A stretch of DNA of 64,000 bases from Deltaproteobacteria bacterium (GTDB taxonomy: Bacteria; Myxococcota; Myxococcia; Myxococcales; 40CM-4-68-19). Positions 55,221-64,000 of the stretch are shown piece by piece. Each line of letters starts with the position of its first letter. The first letter of the stretch is position 1. The notes beneath the pieces are model-generated. The model was not told where the DNA came from and did no database searches. It was given only the letters and a program-made list of their open reading frames with translations. Where the stretch lies: NCBI GenBank assembly GCA_025358085.1, contig JANYKT010000122.1, forward strand, positions 8,323 through 72,322, given 5' to 3'. Both the position numbers and the translations under genes were made by a program.

Positions 55221-56153
55221 GTGCGCCGCCGGATGAACGCTCTCCCGCCGCCACCGCTGCGCAAGCGCCGTCCGCGGCCCAACCTGCGCAAGTTGATGTT
55301 CGTGCTGCCCAACCTCTTCACGGTCAGCAGCATCTTCTGCGGCGTCTACTCCATCACCCTCTCGGCCGGCGACCAGACCGGCGACAACTTCTACCGCGCC
55401 GCGGTCGCTATCTTCTTCGGCAGCTTTTTCGATGCCTTCGACGGCCGCGTCGCGCGGATGACCCAGACCCAGAGCGACTTCGGCGTGGAGCTCGACAGCC
55501 TCGCCGACGTGATCAGCTTCGGCGTCGCACCCGCCATCATGGTCTACAAGTGGGCGTTGTCCGGCATGGGGATGCCCGGTATCGTCATCTGCTCCATCTA
55601 CGCTGCCTGTGGGGCCATCCGGCTGGCGCGTTTCAACGTGCTCGCACAGCGCGACCCGGTGGGCTCCAGCCGGTACTTTGTCGGCCTGCCGATTCCGCTC
55701 GCGGCCGGCATGCTGGTCTCGCTGGTCGTCGCGCTCCAGTATCTGCGCGCGCCTGTGGCCGATCTGGTCGGGACCTGGCCCATCGCCACGCTGGTGCTGG
55801 TGCTTTCGTTTCTGATGGTCTCGACCATCCGCTACCGCACTTTCAAGGAAGCGGGTCTCAGCGCCCGGACGCTGATGATCTTCGTACTGGTGGTCGGCGT
55901 CGGCGTATTCGTCGCGTACCGGGGCCGGCCGTCGCTGGTGTTGTTGGTCTATTTTACCTCGTACATCATGCTCGGCCTCTTCGAGGAGCTCCTCTACGGC
56001 CGTGGCCGCCGGGCCGCCACCCGCGCGGCGGCCGCAGCGCAGGCCTCGCCCGAGATCGAAGAGCCTTTGCTGCCCGCCGAGGAAGACGATCTCCCCGATG
56101 GTGCCCCCGCCGCAGCCGTCGCCGCCGCTGACGAAAGCGAGTCCGACGCTTGA
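55221..56153 (+). CDS. pssA: CDP-diacylglycerol--serine O-phosphatidyltransferase
   Basis: CDP-alcohol phosphatidyltransferase motif DAFDGRVARMTQTQSDFGVELDSLADVISFG. GTG at 55221 or ATG at 55233. Confidence 0.85.
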   Translation: MRRRMNALPPPPLRKRRPRPNLRKLMFVLPNLFTVSSIFCGVYSITLSAGDQTGDNFYRAAVAIFFGSFFDAFDGRVARMTQTQSDFGVELDSLADVISFGVAPAIMVYKWALSGMGMPGIVICSIYAACGAIRLARFNVLAQRDPVGSSRYFVGLPIPLAAGMLVSLVVALQYLRAPVADLVGTWPIATLVLVLSFLMVSTIRYRTFKEAGLSARTLMIFVLVVGVGVFVAYRGRPSLVLLVYFTSYIMLGLFEELLYGRGRRAATRAAAAAQASPEIEEPLLPAEEDDLPDGAPAAAVAAADESESDA

Positions 56154-56308
56154 CCAGGCCTGAGGACGTTCGTCTCGCGGCGCCCTCGCCGGACGCAGCC
56201 GCAAACCCACCGAGCGCCGTCGCGTCGCCGCCGAACGTCGCTGAGAAGCCGCCGGTCCGCGTCCTCATCAAGCCGCGTCGCGTGCCTGGCGACCGGGGGC
56301 CAGCGCCG

Positions 56309-56776
56309 ATGCTGGCGCTCACCTGGTCCAGCTTCTTCGGCTCCGGCTACTTCCCGATGGCGCCAGGCACCGCGGGCACCGCCGCCGCAATCCCTCTCTG
56401 GTGGCTGCTGCGCGCTCCGCAAGTCCCGCTCTGGGCCTACTTCGCGGCCGCGCTCGCGGTCACGTTGACCGGTATCGCCGCCGCCGACCGCGCGGGCAAA
56501 TACTATGGCGTCGCCGACTCGGGCCACATCGTCATCGACGAGGTCGCTGGCTATCTCGTGACCATGGCGTTCCTCCCGCGGGAAGCGCTGCCCGCCATCG
56601 CCGGGTTTTTCTGGTTCCGCCTCTTCGATGTGCTCAAGCCGTGGCCGGCGCGCTTCTTCGATGTCGACCCGCGCTGGAAGAACGGCGCCGGCGTCGTGCT
56701 GGACGACATCTTCGCGGCCGTCTGGGCCTGCGTGGCTACCTGGCTGACCGTTCTCGTGGCACACCGCTTCCTATGA
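56309..56776 (+). CDS. pgpA: phosphatidylglycerophosphatase A
   Basis: FFGSGYFPMAPGTAGT and IVIDEVAGY...FRLFDVLKPWP. A TTG at 56150 overlapping the pssA stop would add a 53-aa Pro-rich extension. Confidence 0.8.
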   Translation: MLALTWSSFFGSGYFPMAPGTAGTAAAIPLWWLLRAPQVPLWAYFAAALAVTLTGIAAADRAGKYYGVADSGHIVIDEVAGYLVTMAFLPREALPAIAGFFWFRLFDVLKPWPARFFDVDPRWKNGAGVVLDDIFAAVWACVATWLTVLVAHRFL

Positions 56777-58038
56777 TTCCTCCTATCGTCGAGTTCATTG
56801 TCACCGGCGACGAAGTGATGCGCGGCACCATCGCCGACACCAACACCGCGCTCACCGCGTCGCGCCTCTACCCGCTCGGGCTCCAACTCCGCCGCACCAC
56901 GGTCGTGGGCGACCGCAACGAGGACATCCGTCGCGCGCTGCTCGAGACCTCGGCGCGCGCCGACTTCTGCATTGTCTCGGGGGGGCTCGGCCCCACCTCC
57001 GACGATCTCACCGCCGCCTGCGCCGCGCAGGCCGCCGGCGTGCCGCTGCACCGCGATGCCCAGTGGATAGAGTCGCTGCGCAATCGCTGGACCAAAGTCC
57101 TTCGCCGCACCGACGCGATGCCGATCAACAACGAGCGCCAGGCCGACGTGCCCGAAGGCGCCGAGATCCTCGGCAACCCCGACGGCAGCGCGCCCGCTTT
57201 CGCGCTCAAGATCGATCGCTGCACCTTCTTCTTCCTCCCTGGCGTCCCGCGCGAATACCACCGCATCATGCAGGAGTTGGTGCTGCCGAGGCTCGTCGCC
57301 GCCACCGGCCACGCGGTCCTGCGCACGCGCTTCCTGCAGTGCTACGGCGTCGCCGAGAGCCGCCTCGACGAGCTGGTCCAGCCCATTCGCGAGGCGCATC
57401 CCGAAGTTCGATTCGGATTCCGGACCAAGTTCCCCGAGAACCACCTCTCGCTGATCTCGCTGGCGCAAGACGTCGCCACCGCCGAGGCGAACCTCGCGCG
57501 CGTCGAGGAAAAGTGCCGCGCGGTGCTGGGCAGCTTCGTTTATGGCCAGGACGGGGTGACCTTCGCGCAGTCGGTCGGCGAAGCGCTGGCCGCGCGAGGA
57601 GAGACCGTCGCCTGCGCCGAGAGCTGCACCGGCGGCTTGCTGACGCAGCTCCTCACCGAGGTGGGCGGCAGCTCGCGCTGGACCAAAGGCGCATACATCA
57701 CCTACTCGAACGAGCTCAAGCAGAGCACGCTCGGCGTGCCGCGAGCGCTGCTCGAGGCGCACGGCGCCGTCAGCGAAGAGGTCGCGCGCGCCATGGCTGA
57801 AGGCGCTCGCGAGAAGTCGGGCGCTACCTGGGCGCTGTCCATCACCGGCATCGCCGGCCCCGGCGGCGGCACCGACGAGAAGCCGGTCGGCACCGTCTGG
57901 CTGGGCTTGTGCGGGCCTGCCGGCACCGGCAGCAAGCGTCTGCAGCTGCGCGGCGATCGCGGGATGGTGCGGATGCAGTCGGCCTTCGCGTCGCTGCAGC
58001 TGTTGCGCGAAGCGCTTCATTCCGGCAAAGCCGTCTGA
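56773..58038 (+). CDS. cinA: CinA family competence/damage-inducible protein (MoCF-like domain plus nicotinamide-nucleotide amidase domain)
   Basis: VEFIVTGDEVMRGTIADTN...SGGLGPTSDDLT and C-terminal AESCTGGLL. ATGA overlap with pgpA. Confidence 0.85.
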   Translation: MIPPIVEFIVTGDEVMRGTIADTNTALTASRLYPLGLQLRRTTVVGDRNEDIRRALLETSARADFCIVSGGLGPTSDDLTAACAAQAAGVPLHRDAQWIESLRNRWTKVLRRTDAMPINNERQADVPEGAEILGNPDGSAPAFALKIDRCTFFFLPGVPREYHRIMQELVLPRLVAATGHAVLRTRFLQCYGVAESRLDELVQPIREAHPEVRFGFRTKFPENHLSLISLAQDVATAEANLARVEEKCRAVLGSFVYGQDGVTFAQSVGEALAARGETVACAESCTGGLLTQLLTEVGGSSRWTKGAYITYSNELKQSTLGVPRALLEAHGAVSEEVARAMAEGAREKSGATWALSITGIAGPGGGTDEKPVGTVWLGLCGPAGTGSKRLQLRGDRGMVRMQSAFASLQLLREALHSGKAV

Positions 58039-58040
58039 AC

Positions 58041-59213
58041 ATGGACTGGCGGCTCTGGGCGCAGAAAAACCGCGTCGAGCTGATCCTCTTCGCCGTCGCG
58101 CTCGTCGCGTACCTGCTCTCCAGCGCGGGTCTCTGCGCCCACCAGTCGCTCGCGCCGCACTTCGTCTACCAGGCCGACGCCTTCCTTCACGGCCGCCTTT
58201 CCCTGACCGTGAGCCCGCCCAACCTGAACGATTGGGTCTTCGAGAACGACCGCTGGTACGTGTCTTTCCCGCCGTTCCCTGCAGTGCTGATGATGCCGCT
58301 GGTCGCAATCTTCGGCCTCGCTTTTAACGACGTAGCTTTCACCATCGTCTTCGCGGCTTTGAACGTGGCGCTCTTCTATCGGCTCGCGCGCACTGTCGAT
58401 GGCGATCGCCCCGAGTGGGACCACGCGCTGCACGCGCTGCTGTTCGGCTTCGGTACGCTCGCGTGGACCTGCGCCATCCGCGGCGAGGTGTGGTTCACGG
58501 CCGAGACCGTCGGCGTCACCCTGACCTTGCTCTACCTGCTCGCCGCGCACGAGGCGAAGCATCCGCTGGCCGCGGGGCTTGCCGTCGGCTGCGCCGCCAT
58601 CACCCGGACGCCTCTGGCTTTCTCGTTCATCTTCTTTGTCTTCGAAGCCTGGCGCCGCGACCACCGCTTTCGCCGTCTCGCACTGTTCGCGGCGGCCGTC
58701 GTCGTAGTGGCCCTGCCGATGGCGGCGATGAACTACGCGCGCTTTGGCAGCTTCATTGAATTCGGCCACTCCCATCTCTTTGCAAATCGCGTCAATAAAC
58801 AGGTCCAGGAGTTCGGCCTGTTCCATTACGCTTTTCTCGAACGCAACCTGCATGCAGCCTTCACGCGGCTGCCGCAGGTCTCTTTGAAACCTTTCAAACT
58901 CGGTTTCGATGGCGAGGGGTTGAGTCTGTTCGTCACCACGCCGCTCTTCTTCTATCTGCTCTGGCCGCGCGACAAGCCGCGCCTGCACCTGCCGCTCTGG
59001 CTCACCACCGCCCTTGTCGCGGTGCCGGGCTTCTTCTATCAAAACAGCGGCTGGTTCCAGTTCGGCTTCCGTTTCTCCCTCGATTACACGCCGTACCTTT
59101 TTTTGCTCCTGGTGCTCGGCCACCGCGCGCGCACCCGCGCCTGGTGGGCCGCGGCGCTTTCCGGCGTGGCCGTGAATGCGTGGGGCGCCGCCGTCTTCAA
59201 TCGCTTCTATTGA
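58041..59213 (+). CDS. polytopic membrane protein, probable GT-C type glycosyltransferase
   Basis: About 10 hydrophobic helices, starting 3 nt after the cinA stop. The family call rests on general resemblance only. Confidence 0.5.
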   Translation: MDWRLWAQKNRVELILFAVALVAYLLSSAGLCAHQSLAPHFVYQADAFLHGRLSLTVSPPNLNDWVFENDRWYVSFPPFPAVLMMPLVAIFGLAFNDVAFTIVFAALNVALFYRLARTVDGDRPEWDHALHALLFGFGTLAWTCAIRGEVWFTAETVGVTLTLLYLLAAHEAKHPLAAGLAVGCAAITRTPLAFSFIFFVFEAWRRDHRFRRLALFAAAVVVVALPMAAMNYARFGSFIEFGHSHLFANRVNKQVQEFGLFHYAFLERNLHAAFTRLPQVSLKPFKLGFDGEGLSLFVTTPLFFYLLWPRDKPRLHLPLWLTTALVAVPGFFYQNSGWFQFGFRFSLDYTPYLFLLLVLGHRARTRAWWAAALSGVAVNAWGAAVFNRFY

Positions 59214-59460
59214 TATGGATCGCCTGTGCAACGGCGACAGCGTCGCCTGGCCGTGCGCGAAGCGGTCTTCAAAACGCAGCAGCATGACGCTCTCCCGAAA
59301 AACTTGCCGCCGGGCACGCCGCGGCACCGACGCCGCGGCCGCACCGCCTCCCGGTAAAAGGTGGAGCAGAGGCAAGACCCGCCCGCCTTCGCTCCAGCCC
59401 TTGCCGTCCCCCATTCCCGCCCCCGCTGAAAGTCGCCCCGCCCACGCCGTCACTGCACCG

Positions 59461-59575
59461 CGCCGTTATCGAACGCGCGCCGCTATCGAACTCGCGCGAT
59501 GATTAAACTCGGCGCGATGATTAAACTCGGCGCGGTGATTGAACTCACCACGCCGCTTAAATTCACGCTGCCGCC
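59461..59575. repeat. degenerate 18-bp tandem array (about 6 units, two identical)
   Basis: gatgattaaactcggcgc occurs twice in tandem (59498-59533). It is flanked by diverged units (ttatcgaacgcgc, ctatcgaactcgcgc, ggtgattgaactcacc, gcttaaattcacgc). Confidence 0.7.
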
Positions 59576-59985
59576 GGGACCGCCGCGTCCGCGACCAGCA
59601 TGGTCCCCGCCCACCGCCACGCTTCCTCCCAGCCCCGCCTGTGGCCCGGGCCCACGCTGCACCAGCCGATGCCAAGCTGCAGCGCCGGGAACTGTGCGCC
59701 GAGCGCCGCGCGCAGCCGCTCGATGGGCACCCGCGCCGCCGGCTCCAGCGTCTCGACCAGCACGAGGCCGACCTCCCGGTGCGGCAGCGAGCGCTGGACG
59801 AAGTCCGTGCGCCGCAGCTGCGCTTCGGCGAAGCGCTCCAGCACGGTGAGCTCCGGCTCCTGGATCGCCCAGCCCACCGGTGCGATGCGCACCAAAGTGA
59901 ACCCGCGCCCGCTGCGCCGGCCTCGCCGCGTCTCCTGCACGGCGACATGCGCCAGGCTGGTCATGCTCGCGATGGGGACGATCAC
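59563..59985 (-). CDS. hypothetical protein, possibly a degenerate GGDEF-like domain
   Basis: GC3-rich 140-codon ORF whose GTG overlaps the recA stop (GTGA). The pattern [37 protein letters not shown]...LQLGIGW parallels R.GGDEF..LL....A...AERLR....SIG with the GGDEF motif lost. Confidence 0.45.
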   Translation of the reverse strand: MIVPIASMTSLAHVAVQETRRGRRSGRGFTLVRIAPVGWAIQEPELTVLERFAEAQLRRTDFVQRSLPHREVGLVLVETLEPAARVPIERLRAALGAQFPALQLGIGWCSVGPGHRRGWEEAWRWAGTMLVADAAVPAAA

Positions 59986-61025
59986 GCCGCAGCCTCGGCC
60001 TGCGTCGGCAACACCGGCATGGGCGGCGCCAAGGTCAAGGCATCGCGGATGCGCTGCTCCAGGTCCGCGCAGAGCGGGCCGTTGCCGCGCAGCATCTCGG
60101 CGGCCTTGTCGCGCCCCGGCCCGATGCGCTCGCCTGCGATGTTGTACCAGGCGCCGCTCTTTTCGATGATTCCCTTGTCGGACGCGAGGTCGAGCAGCTC
60201 ATGGACGCGCGAGATGCCATCGCCGTAAAGGATATCGAACTCGGCCTCGCGAAAGGGAGGCGCCATCTTGTTCTTCACCACCTTGACGCGGGTGCGGTTG
60301 CCGACCATCACCTCGCCGTCCTTGACCGCGCCGATGCGGCGGATATCCAGGCGAACCGAGCAATAGAATTTCAGCGCGTTGCCGCCGGAGGTGACCTCGG
60401 GGTTGCCGAAGACCACGCCGATCTTCATGCGAATCTGGTTGATGAAGATGACCGTGGTCCCATTGCGGCTGACCACCGCGGTGAGCTTGCGCAGCGCTTG
60501 CGACATGAGCCGCGCCTGCAGGCCCATGTGCTGATCTCCCATCTCGCCCTCGATCTCGGCCTTGGGCACCAGCGCCGCCACCGAGTCGATCACCACCAGG
60601 TCGATGGCTCCCGAGCGCACCAGCGTCTCGGCGATCTCCAGGGCCTGTTCTCCGGTGTCGGGCTGCGAGATGAGCAGGTCCTCGACCTTGACGCCGAGCT
60701 TGCGCGCGTAGGTCACGTCGAGCGCGTGCTCGGCATCGATGAACGCCGCGGTGCCGCCCTGGGCCTGCACCTGCGCGATTGCGTGCAGCGTGAGCGTGGT
60801 CTTGCCGCTGCTCTCGGGCCCGTAGATTTCGACCACGCGGCCGCGCGGATAGCCGCCGCAGCCAAGCGCGATGTCCAGGCCCAGCGAGCCGGTGGGAATG
60901 ACAGCGACCGGCTGGAGGCTCTTGTCGCCTTCGCCGAGGCGCATGATTGCGCCCTTGCCGAACTGCTTCTCGATGGCGCCAATGGCGGCGCCGACGGCCT
61001 TCAGCTTCTCCGACAATCTGCTCAT
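59982..61025 (-). CDS. recA: recombinase RecA
   Basis: [14 protein letters not shown], Walker [14 protein letters not shown], and the rest of the canonical sequence. Confidence 0.97.
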   Translation of the reverse strand: MSRLSEKLKAVGAAIGAIEKQFGKGAIMRLGEGDKSLQPVAVIPTGSLGLDIALGCGGYPRGRVVEIYGPESSGKTTLTLHAIAQVQAQGGTAAFIDAEHALDVTYARKLGVKVEDLLISQPDTGEQALEIAETLVRSGAIDLVVIDSVAALVPKAEIEGEMGDQHMGLQARLMSQALRKLTAVVSRNGTTVIFINQIRMKIGVVFGNPEVTSGGNALKFYCSVRLDIRRIGAVKDGEVMVGNRTRVKVVKNKMAPPFREAEFDILYGDGISRVHELLDLASDKGIIEKSGAWYNIAGERIGPGRDKAAEMLRGNGPLCADLEQRIRDALTLAPPMPVLPTQAEAAA

Positions 61026-62644
61026 GGTGCTTCCTCCGTGGGGCCGGGCGGATTGCCCGGGGGCTTGTTCTTGAAAGCGTTGGCCAGCGCGGCCGGTAGC
61101 GCCGGCAGGGCAGGCCCCGCCGGTCCCTCCACGGGCTTGTCGAGGCAGCGCAGCGAGGAGGCTTCGTGCACGTGATGGGCGTGAACGAGCGCGCTCCCGT
61201 CGAGGTCGGCGATGGTGCGCGCGAGTTTGAGGATGCGGTCGTGCGCGCGCGCGGAGAGCCGGTAGCGCTCGATGATTTCACCGACCAGCTGGCGGGCCTG
61301 CAGTGTGGCGTCGCACAGCTCGCGCAAAAGGCGGCCCCGCAGCTGCGCATTCGCGTAGAGACCGGGGTGATGCGCGAAGCGTGCGCGCTGGCGGGCTCGC
61401 GCGCGTTCGACCTTCTCGCGCACCTTGGAAGAGCTCTCGCCATCGGGCGCGCCGATCAGCTCAGCGGCGTTGAGCGCCGGCGCCTCGATGTGCAGATCGA
61501 AGCGATCCAGGATGGGCCCGGAGATGCGGCGCCGATAGCTCTCCTTGGCTAGCAGCGAGCATTGGCAGCGACGCGGATCCTTGTCGCCCTCGTGCCCGCA
61601 GGGGCAGGGATTCATCGCCGCCAGCAGCATGAAGCGCGCGGGCAGGCAGACGGCCCCGCTCGAGCGCACCACCGAGACTTCGCCGTCTTCAATCGGCTGG
61701 CGAAGAGCCTCGAGCGCGGCGCGGCCAAACTCGGGCAGCTCGTCCATGAACAGCACGCCGTTGTGCGCGAGCGAGATCTCTCCGGGCCGCGGAGGCGAGC
61801 CGCCGCCGACCAAGCCCGCGACAGAGATGGTGTGGTGCGGCGCCCGGAAGGGGCGCTCGGTGAGCAGGCCCTGTCCGGGCCGCAGCCGGCCGGCGACGGA
61901 CCAGATCGAAGTGGTCTCGACCGCCTCTTCGAAACCCAGCAAGGGCAGGAGTGTGGGCAGTCGCCGCGCCAGCATGGTCTTGCCCGAGCCCGGCGGCCCG
62001 ATCAAAAGCGCGTTGTGCCCCCCGGCCGCAGCCACCACCAGCGCCGCCTTGCAGGTGCCCTGGCCGCGAACGTCCGAGAGGTCGACGCTGGCAGAGGCGA
62101 GCCCTTCCGCAACCGGTGCTGCCGGGGCGCGTGTCGAATGACCAGCAAAGATCTCCGCGGCCTCGGTCAGGCTGCGCACGCCGTAGACACGCAGCCCCTG
62201 CACCAGTGCGCCTTCGTTGGCGTTGGCCTCGGGGACCAGCAGCGTCTCGAAGCCCAGCCGCCGCGCTTCGAGCGCGATGGGCAGCACGCCGCGCACCGGC
62301 AGCACGTCCCCCGAGAGCGACAGTTCGCCCACCACCAGCGGGGGCCGGTCGGGACAGGGCAACAGGCCGGCCGAGCAGAGCACGCCCAGCGCGATGGGCA
62401 GGTCGAAGGCGGCGCCCTCCTTGCGCAGATCGCCGGGCGCGAGATTCACGGTGATCTTCTTCGACGGCAGCGCGTAGCCGCTGTTGCGGATGGCGGTGAG
62501 GCAGCGCACGCGCGCGTCCCCGCAGGCGTGGTCCGGCAGGCCGACCAGGTAGAAGCCCGGAATGCCGAGCGAGAGATCGACCTGCACGTCGACCAGCCGC
62601 GAGGAGGCGCCGGCAATGGCGGCGCTGTGAAGGGACGAGTGCAC
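61022..62644 (-). CDS. comM: YifB/ComM family Mg-chelatase-like AAA+ ATPase
   Basis: N-terminal Lon-like domain ([28 protein letters not shown]), Walker [21 protein letters not shown]. Its stop overlaps the recA ATG (ATGA). Confidence 0.9.
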   Translation of the reverse strand: MHSSLHSAAIAGASSRLVDVQVDLSLGIPGFYLVGLPDHACGDARVRCLTAIRNSGYALPSKKITVNLAPGDLRKEGAAFDLPIALGVLCSAGLLPCPDRPPLVVGELSLSGDVLPVRGVLPIALEARRLGFETLLVPEANANEGALVQGLRVYGVRSLTEAAEIFAGHSTRAPAAPVAEGLASASVDLSDVRGQGTCKAALVVAAAGGHNALLIGPPGSGKTMLARRLPTLLPLLGFEEAVETTSIWSVAGRLRPGQGLLTERPFRAPHHTISVAGLVGGGSPPRPGEISLAHNGVLFMDELPEFGRAALEALRQPIEDGEVSVVRSSGAVCLPARFMLLAAMNPCPCGHEGDKDPRRCQCSLLAKESYRRRISGPILDRFDLHIEAPALNAAELIGAPDGESSSKVREKVERARARQRARFAHHPGLYANAQLRGRLLRELCDATLQARQLVGEIIERYRLSARAHDRILKLARTIADLDGSALVHAHHVHEASSLRCLDKPVEGPAGPALPALPAALANAFKNKPPGNPPGPTEEAP

Positions 62645-62941
62645 GGCGCGACGTGTTGCGAGCGCCGTGCCGCCGCGCGCTCAGAGTGACGGCCTGCTCA
62701 CGCCCGTCCAGAACGAGATGGCTCGTCCGATATCGGTGCCCTGTTTTGCGCTCTTCGAACTGCACCAGGCTCCTCTTTCCCGACCAAGCGCGCGAGCGAA
62801 CGCGAAGCATGAACCGCGGGGATGGACCGCCGAACGCCGTTATCCAACCTGAGTGCTATTCTCCAACCTACCCTCTCTGCCAACGTGAATGAGACAGTCC
62901 TGACGAAGAAGTTTAATGTCGAGGGCGACCAGGCAGGGACG

Positions 62942-63283
62942 ATGAATCGGGTAGCGGAAGAAGCTGCGGTCAAGGAGACGGAAGTTTTGGCGAAGGCGAA
63001 GCGTCGCAGGTTCACGGCCGAGTACAAGCAGCGCATTTTGAATCAGATTGACGAGGCGGTCGCGGCGGGCGGCTCGGGCGAGGTTGGCGCGATACTGCGC
63101 CGGGAAGGGTTGTACTCGTCGCACCTCGCGGCCTGGAGACGGCTGCGCGAAGCGGGCGAACTATCCGCATTGGCCGCCAGGAAACGTGGGCCCAAGGCGA
63201 AGGTGCCAGATGAACGCGATCGCGAGATCGCGAAGCTGCGAAAGGAGAAGGCGCTCGTGGAGATCCGGCTGAAGCGGGCTTGA
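62942..63283 (+). mobile_element. IS3-family transposase OrfA only (orfB absent)
   Basis: KRRRFTAEYKQRILNQIDE...GAILRREGLYSSHLAAWRRLREAG...leucine-zipper tail. No frameshift partner ORF follows. Confidence 0.65.
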
Positions 63284-63312
63284 GCCTCGATGCCAGCGGG
63301 CAAAGGAGAAGG

Positions 63313-64000
63313 CTAATGGGAAGAGCCGAGCTTCACAATGATAGCCCTGCCCGGTTCAACGATGATGTGCCGGATGTTCGGCGCTGCGTCGCTGTGAGTG
63401 AGGTCCGGATCGGGAACGCCGTAGCGGATGAAGTGGTTGATGTCCGATGCCACTGAGTCGGGCGCGCCCCACTGCACGTTGTGGCCGATGTCTGACTCCT
63501 GGTTTCCGGATGCCGGGAGGGGAGTGAGCCCGTACTGCTTCCAGTAGTAAGTCCGGTGATGCGCCGCCGCAGCCGCGGCGAGGGTAGCCCGAATCGCTTG
63601 CTGGTCTGGATTCTCCAGAAAGATCGAATCCTGGGTAGCCCAGATGACCATCGTCGGCACATCCAGCTTCAGGAGCCGGATGGTGTTGTCCGTCTGGAGG
63701 AGGGCGCGGGAAGCGCCGATCCATGTGCCCAGCCGGACTTGTGCCGTCTCGGGAATGTACGGCGCCAGAAACGCCGGGTCCGCGACCGGATCGGCGACCC
63801 ACACATCCCGCATGTACAGAGGTGAGCCATACGGGTCGGCGTTGATGGGCGTGAGGGAATAGATGTCGGCGGGAAAGGCGAACCCTTGGGCGACGAGATT
63901 TGACTTCCAGGTTCCCTCGACTGGCTCGGCGAGGACGAAGTCCCGGAGCACCGGGTTGCCTACCACGCTGGTGGAAGTGGCGAGGAGGATGGCGTTCTCC
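63313..64000 (-). CDS. alpha/beta hydrolase fold protein, 5' end outside window
   Basis: The minus-strand frame is open to the window edge. The C-terminal part has VPTMVIWATQDSIF and DIGHNVQW (catalytic His region). Confidence 0.55.
   Translation of the reverse strand, partial: ENAILLATSTSVVGNPVLRDFVLAEPVEGTWKSNLVAQGFAFPADIYSLTPINADPYGSPLYMRDVWVADPVADPAFLAPYIPETAQVRLGTWIGASRALLQTDNTIRLLKLDVPTMVIWATQDSIFLENPDQQAIRATLAAAAAAHHRTYYWKQYGLTPLPASGNQESDIGHNVQWGAPDSVASDINHFIRYGVPDPDLTHSDAAPNIRHIIVEPGRAIIVKLGSSH

Noticed and set aside
59466-59948. Minus-strand ORF encoding EFNHRAEFNHRAEFNHRA across the 18-bp tandem array.
   Set aside because: The rest of the ORF is Arg/Ser/Gly-rich nonsense overlapping orf140 in another frame. 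The peptide repeat is just the translation of the DNA repeat.

Overview
The window is a high-GC chromosomal segment, almost certainly from a myxobacterium (Myxococcota). The main evidence is an mglB-mglA gliding-motility GTPase pair whose MglA matches my recollection of Myxococcus xanthus MglA. A Cys-rich repeat lipoprotein and the very GC3-rich codon usage support the same call.

Most of the window is housekeeping:
- Information processing and stress: serS, hslO, an ECF sigma factor, tadA, SRP RNA, dnaX-ybaB-recR, dps, hup and a comM-recA operon.
- Lipid genes: pssA-pgpA-cinA.
- Seven tRNAs, including four tRNA-Ser isoacceptors.
- A TonB-dependent receptor, a GH63-like glucosidase and an ALDH/AKR pair.

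Four things stand out:
1. An integrative element of about 11 kb (27583-38576) sits in the 3' half of tRNA-Arg(TCG). It is bounded by an 84/85-bp imperfect direct repeat. It carries int, xis, an RHH protein and a replication-relaxation protein. Its cargo is of lower G+C: a class-II-type Fic enzyme, a 1098-aa orphan protein that looks all-alpha, and a TetR / MBL-hydrolase / membrane-protein operon with a perfect palindromic operator. This cargo block is my best candidate for an undescribed system.
2. A tightly coupled six-gene operon (8142-13453) joins a Tat-less Nas/Nap-clade molybdoenzyme to a four-cluster ferredoxin, a membrane-anchored Rieske protein, a NarI/DsrM-like membrane subunit, a small membrane protein and an HPP-family (nitrite-transporter family) protein.
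3. A local patch of gene decay (22565-24376) includes a DUF2182-DUF1326 read-through frame with two frame disruptions.
4. There are several small repeat arrays and IS91/IS3 remnants.

All calls come from reading the supplied translations and the DNA by eye. No database search was run. Many long ORFs in the track are antisense or off-frame artefacts of the high G+C content and are not reported as genes.
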